Shown here: positions 52,472 through 64,000 of the stretch, in pieces
Numbering within the stretch: the first letter of the stretch is position 1
How the letters are laid out: the number at the start of each line of letters is the position of its first letter
NCBI RefSeq assembly: GCF_006345805.1
Contig: NC_042999.1
Coordinates: 118,606,001-118,670,000, forward strand
DNA: 64,000 nucleotides
Origin: Octopus sinensis
Taxonomy: Eukaryota
Direction of reading: 5' to 3'
Translations under genes and position numbers: made by a program
The notes under the pieces: generated by a model
What the model saw: only the letters and a program-made list of their open reading frames with translations
Database searches by the model: none
What the model was told of the DNA's origin: nothing

Positions 52472-53289
52472 TTCGTTTTTGTATTTGGTTTGCAAAATTC
52501 TTTATGTGAATTCGTCTGTTGAAGCATATTTTGCTGCACCTGGAAAGAGGCATTCTGTTTTAATGCCTTATTAATTAACACACTTACTGGTTCAATTTTC
52601 ACTCATTTCCTTAGTTATTTTTTTTTCTAAAACTTTCATTGCTTCTTGCAACCTCTTCAATAGTTGTTGACTCTGTCCGTTATCGGACCTGTGTTCTTTT
52701 TGTTTGTTTGTCCGCATATGTGTACATCAGCATGCATGTGTATATACATATGTATGTGTATATGTATGTATGTGTGTGTGTATGCATGCATGTATATAGA
52801 TATATGTATGAGTGTGTATACTTTTGTATGTATGTATTCTACATATTCATGTGTTTGTGTTTGTGCGTTTGTGTGTGTGTGCACTTCTGTCTCCTTGTTT
52901 GTGCATGTTTAAATGTATCTAAATGTATTGGTTTCTGTGACTATGTATGTTAATCTGTTATGTATGTATGTGTATGTGTGCTTGTCTGTCTGTATTAACA
53001 TATCTACTTACCTATCTGTTTACCTACATATCCATTTACCTACCCATATATATGTATATATACTTGCCTACATAAAAGCCTACTAACAAATCTACCTGTG
53101 TATGTATATACTGTGGGTATTGGGGTGTCACTACTTTCTACATGTATTCCCTATTTAGAATGGGGTATGTTTCATTTGTGAGGATGTATTCTTGTATTTG
53201 TCTGAGTGTTAAGTCTTTTGGGTGCTTGGATAAAAATGAGTATATCAAGTCGACCTAGTGTGCCTCCATGTTCATCTTTGGCATGCTGG

Positions 53290-54262
53290 TAGAGTATGGA
53301 GGACAGTTTCTTTGTCGTCATATTGTCTTCAATGTTCATTTAATCTCTCTACAATGCTTCTAGATGTCTCACCAATGTATGTCATGTTCTTGTCTTTACA
53401 AGCACCCTCTATGCACCTTATGCTGTAGACTACATTTCTAGTTCTACAGTTAATGCCAGGGTTAATCTTACATTCCATGAAGTTCTTATTGGTGCATGTG
53501 GTATTCTCAAAGAGATACGACTTATGTAACTGTAAACTGATGGAGCTCCCAGGCTTTTCAACAATCTTAATGTTGAGTTTGGTCTCATTCAGAGCTTTCC
53601 TAAATCTACGGGCTAGTTCCCCATGGGCTGTGGCCTTTACAAACATCACTCCTTGATATTTGTACCATGTGTTCACCCTGTTTGTTTTGTCACAAACTCT
53701 CTCTATCCTATTCCAGTCTTTACCTCTATATCTGGGGCAGGCACCACTGGTTTTATTACATACTAGCAGCATAGCCTGGCGTTGCCCGGGTATGTAAGAG
53801 CCCCTAGTAGGCAACGACTAATCCCAATCTAGTCTTTTCCCACAAGGGAACGAAGGCGCATGTGTAGGTTGCAATGTCTTCTCTTCACTCGAATACTTCT
53901 GTGAATACGATGTTCCTAGCTGTCCCTTTGGGCGATAAAAAGGTCGAGTTGTGTCCCCTAGACAGAAAATGTGTTGCATATAAAAAGCTTAGATTCTCGA
54001 CCCCATGTCAAATTTATCGATTATTTTCAGAACTGGGGGAAATTTTCCAAATTTTCGCTGCGTTAGTTTTGAATTATGACATTGTGCTATGTGTGTGTCA
54101 AGTTTCATCAGAATCGGTTGAAAGCCATGGTCAGAGTGAGGGTACAACCTGACAGACACACAGACAGACAAACTGCCGTTTATATATAGAGAGATGATGT
54201 TATCTAACTTCTTTCTAACTCGTCTGTATACCCGAATCCTATCTTCCTTGTCATATCCAGAG
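53290..54262 (-). mobile_element. Second PLE family, C-terminal linker + GIY-YIG, split by a Helitron
   Basis: MQFSGYDKEDR...PRYRGKDW...VMFVKAT...KIVEKPG...CRTRNVVYSIRC...YIGETSRSIVERLNEH. Confidence 0.88.
53763..54194 (-). mobile_element. Non-autonomous Helitron, complete, inserted at A|T
   Basis: A|TC at 54195/54194; CCCGGGCAACGCCAGG hairpin; CTAG|T at 53766-53762. Confidence 0.9.
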
Positions 54263-54268
54263 AACTGC

Positions 54269-54326
<58 letters not shown>

Positions 54327-54349
54327 TATATATATGTATATATTTTTTA

Positions 54350-55545
54350 TGAAAAACAAGAACAAAAATGCTACTTTCATAAAATTGAGTACATTTTAAT
54401 TTTCCTTTTACATGTTTCAGTTTTTGAAAAACCTTATCAAAAATATGTACTAAAATGGAATATGTAAAGAGAAAAGAACTATTAAAAAAATTTAATCAAA
54501 ATTAAAATTAAGATTAACATTCATAGTTTACTTTCCTTTTTCTTGCAAGAACACCTGATAATATCCTTTGGTTCTGGTAGCATGACAAGTTCAGAAAACT
54601 CTTCTAAATGGAATAAATGAAAACCTCCAATTTATGATAGAGTATAACAAGGAACAACTACCATTTTTAGATATCCTTATTAAGAAAGTCAGGAAGAAAA
54701 TAGAGACAGATATCTATTACAAACCCATAGATTCAAAACAGTACTTGCCATTTGATTCTTGCCACCTGAGACACACCAGGATGAATATCACATTCTGTTT
54801 AGCCAAAAGAATATGCACAATAGTATCAGATGCAGACACTCATTACACACAACTACAGGAATTGAAAACCACACTCATCAATAGGAAATACCCACAACCC
54901 TTACTGGACAATACTATCCAATGAGTACTTAAATTAAATACACAAGAACTTAGACAACCAAGACCAGAGAAGGAAGAAAAATTGAAAGAGTGACCCAAAG
55001 ATAAATCAAATCCTCAAAACACACACAATCATCAAAAGTAAAAGACAACCAAAATCAATGGAAAAGATTTTAACCCAGGCCAAATTACACTCAACAATAA
55101 CCACTAAGCTGACAGTAAAAAAATGTGGGAGACCTGGCTGTGGGATTTGTATCAAGATAATACAAGGATCAGAATGCTGATTAGAAAAAGGCCATAATTT
55201 CCCCATAAAACCTAATTTTACATGTGCATCTGAGAACTTGATCTACTTAATTACATGCTCAGGATGTAAACGGCAATATATTGGACACACAAAAAACAGC
55301 CTACATCAGAGGATGGTGGTGCACAAATCTCAAATTAGGTTTCTAGAATACAGGAAAATACCTCTCAGCCAGTACATCAATGAATATGCTTCCAACAAAT
55401 TTCTCAAATTTACGTCTCCAATATACAAATTCAAAGACAATGATAGCCAAAATGAATGCATGAGCAAGGAAATGCCTTTCATAAGAGAATATCGACTGAG
55501 TCTAAATTCTATAAACTAGCAACATTGAGACTTTTTTATATATAT

Positions 55546-55598
<53 letters not shown>

Positions 55599-55750
55599 CG
55601 TGTGTGTATGTATTTATGTATGTATATGTGTGTGTTTATATTTGTATCTATATATAAATGCATGGGTATGTGTGTGTGTCACAGTCACTTGAACTTGTCA
55701 TTCTACCAGAATCAAAGGATATTATCACGTGTTCTTGCAGGAAAAAGGCA
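54350..55750 (+). mobile_element. 5'-truncated PLE (RT end + GIY-YIG) with inverted 5' copy of its 3' region
   Basis: LPFLDILIKK...YYKPIDSKQYL; IYLITCSGCKRQYIGHTKNSLHQRMVVH; 57-bp inverted pair 54537-54593 / 55690-55746. Confidence 0.88.
54407..54443 (-). ncRNA. Minimal hammerhead ribozyme, U3-A8 core variant (second copy)
   Basis: UUU-UUGAUAA-GGUUUUUCAAAAACU-GAAAC-AU-GUA-AAA; stem I only 3 bp. Confidence 0.6.
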
Positions 55751-55949
55751 TGCTAAGGATTCTACAAGTTCACCACTTTTATATATACACATATATTATA
55801 CACACACACACACACAATGACTTCTTTCAGTTTCCATCTACAAAATAATCCAGTTACAAAGCTTTGGTTAGCTTGGGGCTGTAGTAGAAGCCACTAGTGT
55901 AAGGTGACATGTAGTCAGAGTAAACTTGACAATACACTTATACATATTT

Positions 55950-56100
55950 ACATGTATGTATGTATGTATGTATGTATGTATGTATGTATGTATGTATGTA
56001 TGTATGTATGTATGTATGTCTGCCTGCCTGCCTGCCTGCCTGCATGCATGCATGCATGCATGCATGCATGTATGTATGTATGTATGTATGTATGTATGTC
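55950..56100. repeat. Compound (TATG)n/(CCTG)n/(CATG)n microsatellite, representative of dozens of TA, TG, TATG, TCTA, GA and triplet tracts
   Basis: Directly visible; these tracts generate many of the low-complexity ORFs in the track. Confidence 0.98.
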
Positions 56101-56289
56101 AGTCAGTCACTATTCAGTTTATTTCAAGATTTCTTGCCAATAGATAAAGAACTGGTTTCTAACCAATATCCAAGGCTCCTTCATTGGAATTTCAACACCA
56201 ACAACAGGGTATTTTTGTTTGTATGTATGTATGTGTAGATTTGTATGTCTTATCTATGTTTTCCCATGTATATAGTTGCATATCTAGAC

Positions 56290-56560
56290 ATATACATATA
56301 TATTTAAATGATAATCTTCTGGAAAGTTTTACAGATTTTTACAGTTCCAGTGATAGATTGGATCTGTAGTCTTCGAATTACTTTCTTCTTTCTGGTTTTT
56401 AGAAGCCTAATTTCTCAAGATTGGTATTTAGGCAGTGTGTTACATATCCCAGGGTCCCAATAATTACAAGTATAGACCTGAACTTGTAATCTGGATAGAG
56501 TAACTGCAGATTTCTCATTAGTTCAGCATAGGTGTTCTCTTTTTCACTGATCTTCATCTT
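56290..56560 (-). mobile_element. RLE-type non-LTR retrotransposon 3' end
   Basis: KENTYAELMRNLQLLYPDYKFRSILVIIGTLGYV...LEKLGF...LQIQSITGTVKICKTF. Confidence 0.75.
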
Positions 56561-56607
56561 TATGTTAACATATGCTGTATATATGTATGTATGCATTAAT
56601 GTATATA

Positions 56608-56643
<36 letters not shown>

Positions 56644-57561
56644 TGTATGTATGTATGTATGTATGTATGTATGTATGTGTGTGTGTCTATGTATGTATAT
56701 ATGTATGTATGTATGCATGCATGTATGTATGTATGTATTTTGCTTTATAACATAGGTTCAAGTTCTAGTTGTGGGGATATGTATTATCATCTCAATGAAC
56801 TTAAAATTGTTATTTTATAAATTTTGAAAAAATGTTGTGGAGAGCTTTGATGGTTGGCCAGCTGAAAGATTAGGGACTACGAAGAGAGTGAGAGAGAGAG
56901 ATGTATATATTATAGGTGAGGAGTAGAGATATGACAAATTCAGGGAGAAACTTTCTTTAGGGAATAATAATGAAAGCACCAACAATAAATTTTTCAGTGG
57001 AATGAATGCTCAATTATAATACTGCTGATTCAGAGAATTAGACAGAATCTGTGATTTTATTTTTTAAGGATATTTTTTATAAAGATTTCAATGATATTTG
57101 GTTTGATTGTTTCTTGCTCTGTTGACAGACTGGTATTTCTGCAGCATAATTCTAGTTTAATAGCTTGAAACTGGGTTCCAGTCAAGCTTGTATGGATTGA
57201 AATAATAAAGCTAATTTCAGTTGGCTATGCTCTGATATGAAGTTTTTTTAAGAGGTTGAAAGGAAGGTACAAAGAGTATTAGTGTGTGTCTCTTGTAGCT
57301 TTTCCTATGGCAAAAACATTTCCCTAATACTTTCAGACATCTGTTTCAAGCAATTTTTCTAATGCATTAATACATTTTCTAAGTTATAATGTGTAGTTTA
57401 GACATTTGCAAAATTTTCTGATTATGAGTATTTCTGTTCATAACTATGTAAGTGACCTACTTTTCCTTCAGTGATTCATCTCTTTTGTCATGATGAAGAA
57501 AAAGCCATTTATATTGTTAACTTACTATAGATTGGTACAGATGTTGTTTTGGAATGGCTTA

Positions 57562-57956
57562 TCTTTATATATAAAGCTGAAGTTGTCTGTGTTTGGCAGG
57601 TTTGATAGCCTTCAACTAACACTATCTCCTCTGAGACCCTCTGGCGCAGTTTAACCAAAATTGAGAGTATGATAGAAGAAGTCTTGCTCTTCATTCCGTA
57701 GAAGAAAAATTCAAATCGGACCATGTTAAGACCAAAAATTATTTACATCAAAAAGGTGCTTTTTTTCTATGAAAATCCCTATTTTTTACGGTTTTTTGAC
57801 TGCTGCGTCGCCATTTTTCGGTGTATTTCAACCAGAAAAAATGTTCCCAGAAAGAGAATAACAAGCTACATAATGCAAATTTTTACTTTTCAAAAATTTC
57901 AATTTTAAAGGGTTGAAAAGAAAACAAACCCGAGCAACGCCCGGCTATACTGCTAG
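57562..57956 (+). mobile_element. Non-autonomous Helitron, complete
   Basis: A|TCTTTATATAT...CCGAGCAACGCCCGG hairpin...CTAG|T. Confidence 0.85.
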
Positions 57957-59574
57957 TTTTCAAAATAAAGTTGAAAAATCTTAACCATTTGCTTCATTAT
58001 GTATTTGTTCATACTTAAAAGTAAAATAATTTCCTAAATTTTCATTAAATATCTGAGTCAGAAAAGATAAAATAGAGTATACTTTAAAAATTCATTTAAG
58101 TTTTAAAATTTAAAGTAACTGTTTGGTTGAAGAGAGGATGAGAATCAACTGATAAGTTATTACACTGTAACTTATGTATTCAGTAACTTTTATAATTTGA
58201 CTGTGCAGTCAATAAGATGGTAACAGTTCCCTAATAAAGTTAGTGGGAGAAGAGAAAATGACCTAAAGGATTTAGAAGATAGAGAAATTTGTTTGGCTTA
58301 CTTTATTGAATTATCTGGTGGTTTATATTAAATAACTGGATTAGCTGCAAAAGAAACAGAAGAATTCAGATAATCTTAGGAAAATTCTGTAGATAATTCT
58401 ATTCAGTAAACCTCTTTGAAACATATGTCCATATCTAAAAAAATTATCCTTTTACAGTGCTTGCTGCTCTTTAGTTACTTTTTTTTTTTGGTGGATACTA
58501 TTATATACATTCTATGCACTAAAATTCAGTATGTGTGCATGTGATTCAGGAATAGTTGTTTTCTATTTACTGTTGACAAATTATTATCATTATTTTTGTT
58601 GTTGTAAATAGTAAGCAAACAGAATCAAACTGCAATGCAGATAAGAAGTAATATTTTAAACAGTGTATATTAGAGATGACTATCATGGGGAAATTTATAA
58701 AGCACTCAAAACAACTTTTCTTTGAATTTTTTTATCTTTAGTTCAGTTATATTTTATAGTCACTTGTTCGGATAGATGCAATTTTATTGTCATTTTATAG
58801 ATGTGTTGCTTAGTATTAAACTCCATCAATGTGTTTCTGTCAATGCAAGTTTGAAAGTTGTACTACATCACATTAAAGTCATTATGGTGTTTTTAGAACA
58901 CTTCCTTAGTATTTTTCTTTTCCATATTTATAATTCTACATTTTATGTTCATTACACATAATGAAAGAATATCTGAAACAATTAAGTGGTTATAAATATT
59001 GGCCAGATATTATATTAGCCGTATTGTTTTATTTTTGGAAAAATAAGATAACAAAACAAATTTTATTGTGAATGCTTACTTGAACGTATTCAATATAAGT
59101 ACTTTAATTTCTTAGTGACCTAATATTATATTATAGGTTATACCAGAATCAAAAAGGTTCTTTAACATTTATTTAAAATATACTATAAATTATGCAGAAA
59201 ATTATTTTCTAAAATTACCTTACATTGTAAAAAGGATAATGATGAACTCTCCTGTTGAAGATGATGTATGAGTGTTCAGCTTTTGCCAAACGACCTGCAC
59301 AAATGGTTTATTTATTGTGATCAAATGTTTGTGCTACACATTAGCTCACTCCCTCCTTCAAATCAACTTTGTCTGAACAGGTGCACAGTGTACCACATAT
59401 CATGTGTTGAAAAGTGATCATAGAGCGATGTGAGATGAAGTGTTTTGCTCAAGAACACAATGCATGACCTAGCCTAGGAATTGAAACCATAATTTAGTGG
59501 TCTTAAGTGCATCACCCTAACCACTAAGCCATGTGCACTCATTATTATTATCAATAATAATAATAACGATAATA

Positions 59575-59741
59575 ATAATAATCCTTTCTACTGAAGTTAC
59601 AAGGCCTGAAATTGAGGGAGGGGACTAGTCAATTACATTGACCCCAATATTGAATTGGTATTAATTTTACCTATCCTGTAAAGATGAACAAAAGGCTACT
59701 AAGCATTTTTCCCAGTGTGCAAAAGATTCTGCCAGCTCACC
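59575..59741 (-). mobile_element. SINE family A, internally deleted
   Basis: Reverse complement GGTGAGCTGGCAGAATC head and tail motifs. Confidence 0.75.
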
Positions 59742-60232
59742 AGAGTGATAGAAGAAGATTAATTATTATAGACCATTGTATAAGGAATGACAAGAAAATG
59801 CTTGCTGAGTATTTGATAAATAGTAATGAAGACCTGCTTCAATATGCTACAAAAGATATGGGTGTAAATGCAGGTGAAATGATGGGGAAGGAAGAGTTTA
59901 ATCAAAGAGCTGAGGATAAGAGAAAAGAAGACCTTCATGAAATGAGAATGCATGGACAATTTGAAAGGAATACACAGGATGTTAAGGATAATACAGCATC
60001 GTGTGTATGGCTTGAGCAAGGTGATTTGAAAGCTACTACTGAAAGCCTGATCATTGCTGCACAAGACCAGGCCCTCACTATCAATTCAGTGAAGTATAAC
60101 ATCTATAAAACTTCTGACACCCAGAAATGCAGATTCTGTGGAAAGAGTGTGGAAAATGTGACCCATTTGGTAAGTGAATGTGAGAGCCTTGCACAAAAGG
60201 AATACAAGCGTCGCCATGATAAAATGTGTGTG
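59742..60232 (+). mobile_element. R4/Dong-type LINE segment (thumb to zinc knuckle)
   Basis: MHGQFER...WLEQGDLKATTESLIIAAQDQAL...KCRFCGKSVENVTHLVSECESLAQKEYKRRHD. Confidence 0.92.
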
Positions 60233-60645
60233 TATCATCAAATATGGCTGCACTGTAGCAAACAACAGCTATAGCTCAAGTGTTGATGGCACATACAAGG
60301 TTTCTGGAATAATGATTAGTTTTCAGAGCCTTACTCTATCAAAGTAATTCTTTTGTATTCATTTTTACCTCTTTCTAGATACTGTATTGGCTAACTCCAG
60401 TACTGCAAAGTATTTATATCCTGTTTCCTCTAGGTTTGTCAGTCTTCCTTCATTAGGTGATATTATTCCACAGATATTCTCCCATTTTCTCCTGTGTGTA
60501 GCAACTGTCACACACTTTGTGATACTCATCTCCTTTTGTACGTCTGTACTCACTACATAAACAGCTTGCATCAAATTGTTAATCTCTTCTGATTTTACAG
60601 ACAGTTTAAGATTATTTAGAAAGAGCAAATAATTAAATACGGGTC
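60233..60645 (-). mobile_element. R4/Dong-type LINE RT segment, inverted against its neighbour
   Basis: NYLLFLNNLKLSVKSE (degenerate DDLKL), YKYFAVLE, NLVCAINT*AIAVVCYSAAIF. Confidence 0.8.
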
Positions 60646-61630
60646 CTAATTTTCTGGTTGGTATCAGAACAATGACAAAGAGGAAAGGAGAAAAAATACA
60701 AGTCTCTTTCAGCATTGAACCAAGTGTTCTGCAGTGCAAAGCTAGAGGACTTTACCTTTTACTCTGCCGAAGACATGTTTATTTTATAGCACTTCTGCTA
60801 CATGCAATAACTATGCTCAGACTGATAAAAAAATTCTCTATGGAAAGAAAAGTGTTGGTAATAAGACATTAAATATAAAAATTTGCTTAATAGTCTGATA
60901 TTCTATCATTCAAATCACCTGTAACTCAATAAAATAAGCATTGTCAACTATGCAATGCAGCTTTTGTATTCTCAATGGAATATGTATATTCACAGCATAA
61001 AACTTCTGCATCTACAATAAAATACATGTCAAAATCTAAAGAGTTTAATTTACAATTTCAGCCATACTTATTTCATACCAAAAATCACTAAATACATTCT
61101 TTGAAGTATAAATATCTGCTTTAACAGTCAAGTGCATCTTGTGTAAAAGGAACATTAAAAAGGCTGTTGCTGAGTTTTAAGATAATTTTCTTTGCAACGA
61201 CTCTTTTTATTGTTCCTCATTCCTGGTATTTAATACATCAACAAATTACATGGCACTCTGCTCTACCAGGCTTTATGTACTTGTTCAGAAAAGACTAAAA
61301 ATTCTCAACATCTATTGAATAAGGCTATGAATGAAAATGCTACAATCTACCATGTTGCTTAACATTTATTTTTCATGATAGTTGATTCTTATTTTTAATT
61401 ACTTAATAGTTATTTTTAAGAATTGCGTTTGGCTGGAGTATATTTTTGTGTAAAAGAACACTTCTTTCCTATTAATACTACTTCAGATAAAAGTGTAACT
61501 TCTTGTAAATTAGATAGACTTAGGCATAGAGCCTTAAGGCATACCATAATGTATCAAAATTTGAATACCTGACTATTGTATCACTCTTATACTTGAAATG
61601 GTTCCTACTAATGGGCTATAGATATATTAA

Positions 61631-61842
61631 CCCTTCAGTACTTATACTGCTTATATCCAACCAAAATATCCTACCTGTTTTATGATCAAACTGACCAGAT
61701 CCAACTGCTTACATCTACACTATAATGACATTCTAAAAATTTAATGTTCAGATCATCAAAGTCTAAAAGCTACAAGATAATGCATGAAACCATGTGGATA
61801 AATAAGTATTACATTTGACAGAGTAATTTGAATGCTAAAGAG
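61631..61842 (-). mobile_element. piggyBac-type MITE
   Basis: TTAA|CCCTTCAGTA...AATGCTAAAGAG|TTAA. Confidence 0.8.
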
Positions 61843-62319
61843 TTAAATAATCATTCCGACTTTACTGTCCTTGAGCCTAACTTTTTTATAAATATTTTGA
61901 CTTTATGTTATTACCCATAACAATCTAAATCATTGTTCCTTCCATCTGTACCATCTTGTCTTTATTTTAGGTATTGTGTATTCAGGACTGCATTATCCAA
62001 ATTGTCCTACTTTTTTGATTTTCTTTTTGTAATGGTAGAGTGCGATTCAAGTGAGATTTTTCTGTTGTTGTTAGCTGGTTGAACCGCAATGAAAAAATTT
62101 TTAAGTAACAGATTTTTTAGGGTTTTTTTTTATATGTAGTATAATTATAGCTCACAAATGATACAAGAGTAGAGTAAATTATCATTTTTGTTGTACTCCT
62201 GTTGTTGATATGAGTGAGATGTGTCTCTTCAGCATAGCTACACTTGATAGATTGAGGTAAAGCACAAGTGGTGGTATATGAAACCTTGATATTAGTTTCA
62301 AATTTTATCTCTGGGCCAG

Positions 62320-62715
62320 CAGGTTTGAGGGAGGGACTAAGTCGATTACATCAATCTGTGTTCAACTGATACTTATTTAAGCCTTTAGCATTCAGATTAT
62401 TCTGTTAAATATAATACTTATTTATGCATATTGTTTTGAATTAATCATGCATTATCTCATACCTTCGGGGTTTCGATGATATGATTGTTTTTATTCTCTA
62501 AAGGCATTGTAGAGTAGGTGTGAGACGCTGGATCTGGCCAGTTTGAACCTAAAATATGTAGAATATTTGGGCCAAATATAGCTGGTTTAAATGCTAAAGG
62601 GTTAAATGAACCTGAAAGGATGAAAGGCAAAGTCAACCTCAGTAGAATTAGAACTCAGAACATAAAGACAGATGAACTGCCACTAAGCATTTTGTCCAAT
62701 GTGCTAATGATTCTG
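62320..62715 (-). mobile_element. SINE family A split by MITE 62381-62601
   Basis: SINE tail left of and head right of the TTAA-flanked MITE. Confidence 0.82.
62381..62601 (+). mobile_element. piggyBac-type MITE nested in SINE
   Basis: TTAA|GCCTTTAGCATT...AATGCTAAAGGG|TTAA. Confidence 0.85.
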
Positions 62716-63489
62716 CCAGCTCACCCACCTCTATGAATCCTTGACATTAAACTGCATAGACATACACTGAAGTAACTAACTAGCTGCAGTTCTCATTTAA
62801 CCAAATCTGTTATCACAAAAAAAGCAGATGAGTATATGCAATGCCATATTACCTTAAGAAATGCTTCTACTTATTTCTTTGCTTATTTTTATTTACTCAT
62901 AAACAAACTCTGAATTGATAAGGAGATGAAATTTCTTTTATATCTGAAAAAACAAAACAATGAAGAGAAAAATATTTCACCATAACAATTTGCATGTGTT
63001 TTGAAATGATTACATAATTTTAAATGATTACTTTCTTTTTAGACAAATTTAATTTATTTAGAATGTAATAATGGCTATGATGGGAAGTGGGAATAATTGT
63101 GCAAAACAACAAAGTAAATTATACATGTAAACATGCTTTAGAAATTTTCATTGAGAACTTGCAATTGTAATAAAGATAGAGCAACTTTCAACAAGTATTC
63201 AATTAAAATAATTGAAAAACAAATTTCATAGAGTTATTTTCTTTTTGATTCAAAAATATCCCTAAAAAAATAATAAAATGTTTTTCAGAAAATACATTGT
63301 TCTTTTATAGTGCTTTGAAAATTAAAAAGCAAATAAATAAATAAATGAATGTATAAATAAATTTTTAAATGTGAGAGTTTTATTTTGGGATCTTAGGAAA
63401 TTGATTTCTCTAACAAAAAAGTTTTAAATTGATAGATTTCTTAAATTTTGATGCTTGACAGAAAATTTCTATTTTCTCCACTTTTCCAG

Positions 63490-63573
63490 GGAGACATGAT
63501 CTACGTAAAAGACTTGAAAATTAAACATTCTGATATGAAAAGTCGGCCTAAATTAATGAGCCATCTAAAATTG
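63490..63573 (+). CDS. GUCY2D/GUCY2F-like: Receptor guanylyl cyclase exon: kinase-homology subdomain II region (84 bp, phase 0 to 0)
   Basis: Strong acceptor tattttctccacttttccag, donor TTG|gtaagg; GDMIYVKDLKIKHSDMKSRPKLMSHLKL aligns with GDxVWLKK...K of retinal GCs. The next exon (LRHEN...) is expected beyond the window. Confidence 0.9.
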
Positions 63574-63860
63574 GTAAGGAACTATTAAAAGCATCATTTA
63601 TTTTGATATGCGAATGTTTGTTTTATGGCATGTGAAGGCAGGGGATCCCTGTTAATACATGGGATGGATTAATGTATATATTTTAATCATCACCCTCGTC
63701 ATCATTGTCATCATTAAACTTCCCATTTTCCAAGCTGGCATGGATTGGATGGTTTGACAAGTTCAGATGACCCAGAGGGATGCACCAGATTCTATGTGTA
63801 CTTTGGCATGGCTTCTAGAGCTGAATGACACCCGCTTAACAGAAAGTACAAGGTGCTTTT

Positions 63861-64000
63861 TACGAGGGTGGGCTTAAGAGTTCATAACTGACTATGAAGG
63901 AGTGATGCTAGAGCTGTGAAGTCTTGTATGCATTAGTTTTAGCCCTTATTAATAACTACATTGTTTTTTTCCAGGTAGACTGACATCTGGCAGTTCAAAC
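63861..64000 (+). mobile_element. mariner 5' end running off the window
   Basis: TA|CGAGGGTGGGCT terminus; homologous to 9879-10040. Confidence 0.78.

Noticed and set aside
58250-58460. piggyBac transposase remnant (E...FGLLY)
   Set aside because: Too short and degenerate to support without an HMM search.
59742-60645. Twin-priming inversion
   Set aside because: The segments join at their 3' ends; twin priming joins 5' ends.

Overview
AT-rich, microsatellite-laden eukaryotic DNA; the repeat landscape suggests an octopus/cephalopod (inference). The window lies inside one + strand gene, which the ORF track does not call as a gene. Four small GT-AG exons (9441-9525, 22531-22627, 43266-43382, 63490-63573) splice in frame to MSPLLISLISTSVIGVLSLICLLYMMI-RRYFLQRQVEKGPNKIVLHNDDLIFVHRKKSTK-IPKSTTLFGKPDLLRGSEPSNSMSTLNEISEFSETARYN-GDMIYVKDLKIKHSDMKSRPKLMSHLKL. 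This is the TM helix, juxtamembrane region and start of the kinase-homology domain of a retinal-type receptor guanylyl cyclase (GUCY2D/2F-like). The 13-21 kb introns are filled with decayed mobile DNA: Penelope-like elements (PLEs), Helitrons, R4/Dong-, CR1- and RTE-type LINEs, a Gypsy gag-pro remnant, mariner ends, a piggyBac-type MITE and several SINE families. The most striking signal is a recurring PLE fold-back plus hammerhead-ribozyme (HHR) architecture. It includes a 581-bp zero-spacer palindrome centred at the start of an HHR core, two PLEs with inverted terminal copies whose HHRs share a U3-A8 core (UUGAUAA), and further fold-backs, mostly sitting in (TA)n tracts. No prokaryotic features or CRISPR arrays. 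Repeat boundaries were set by eye and are approximate unless TSDs or termini are quoted.
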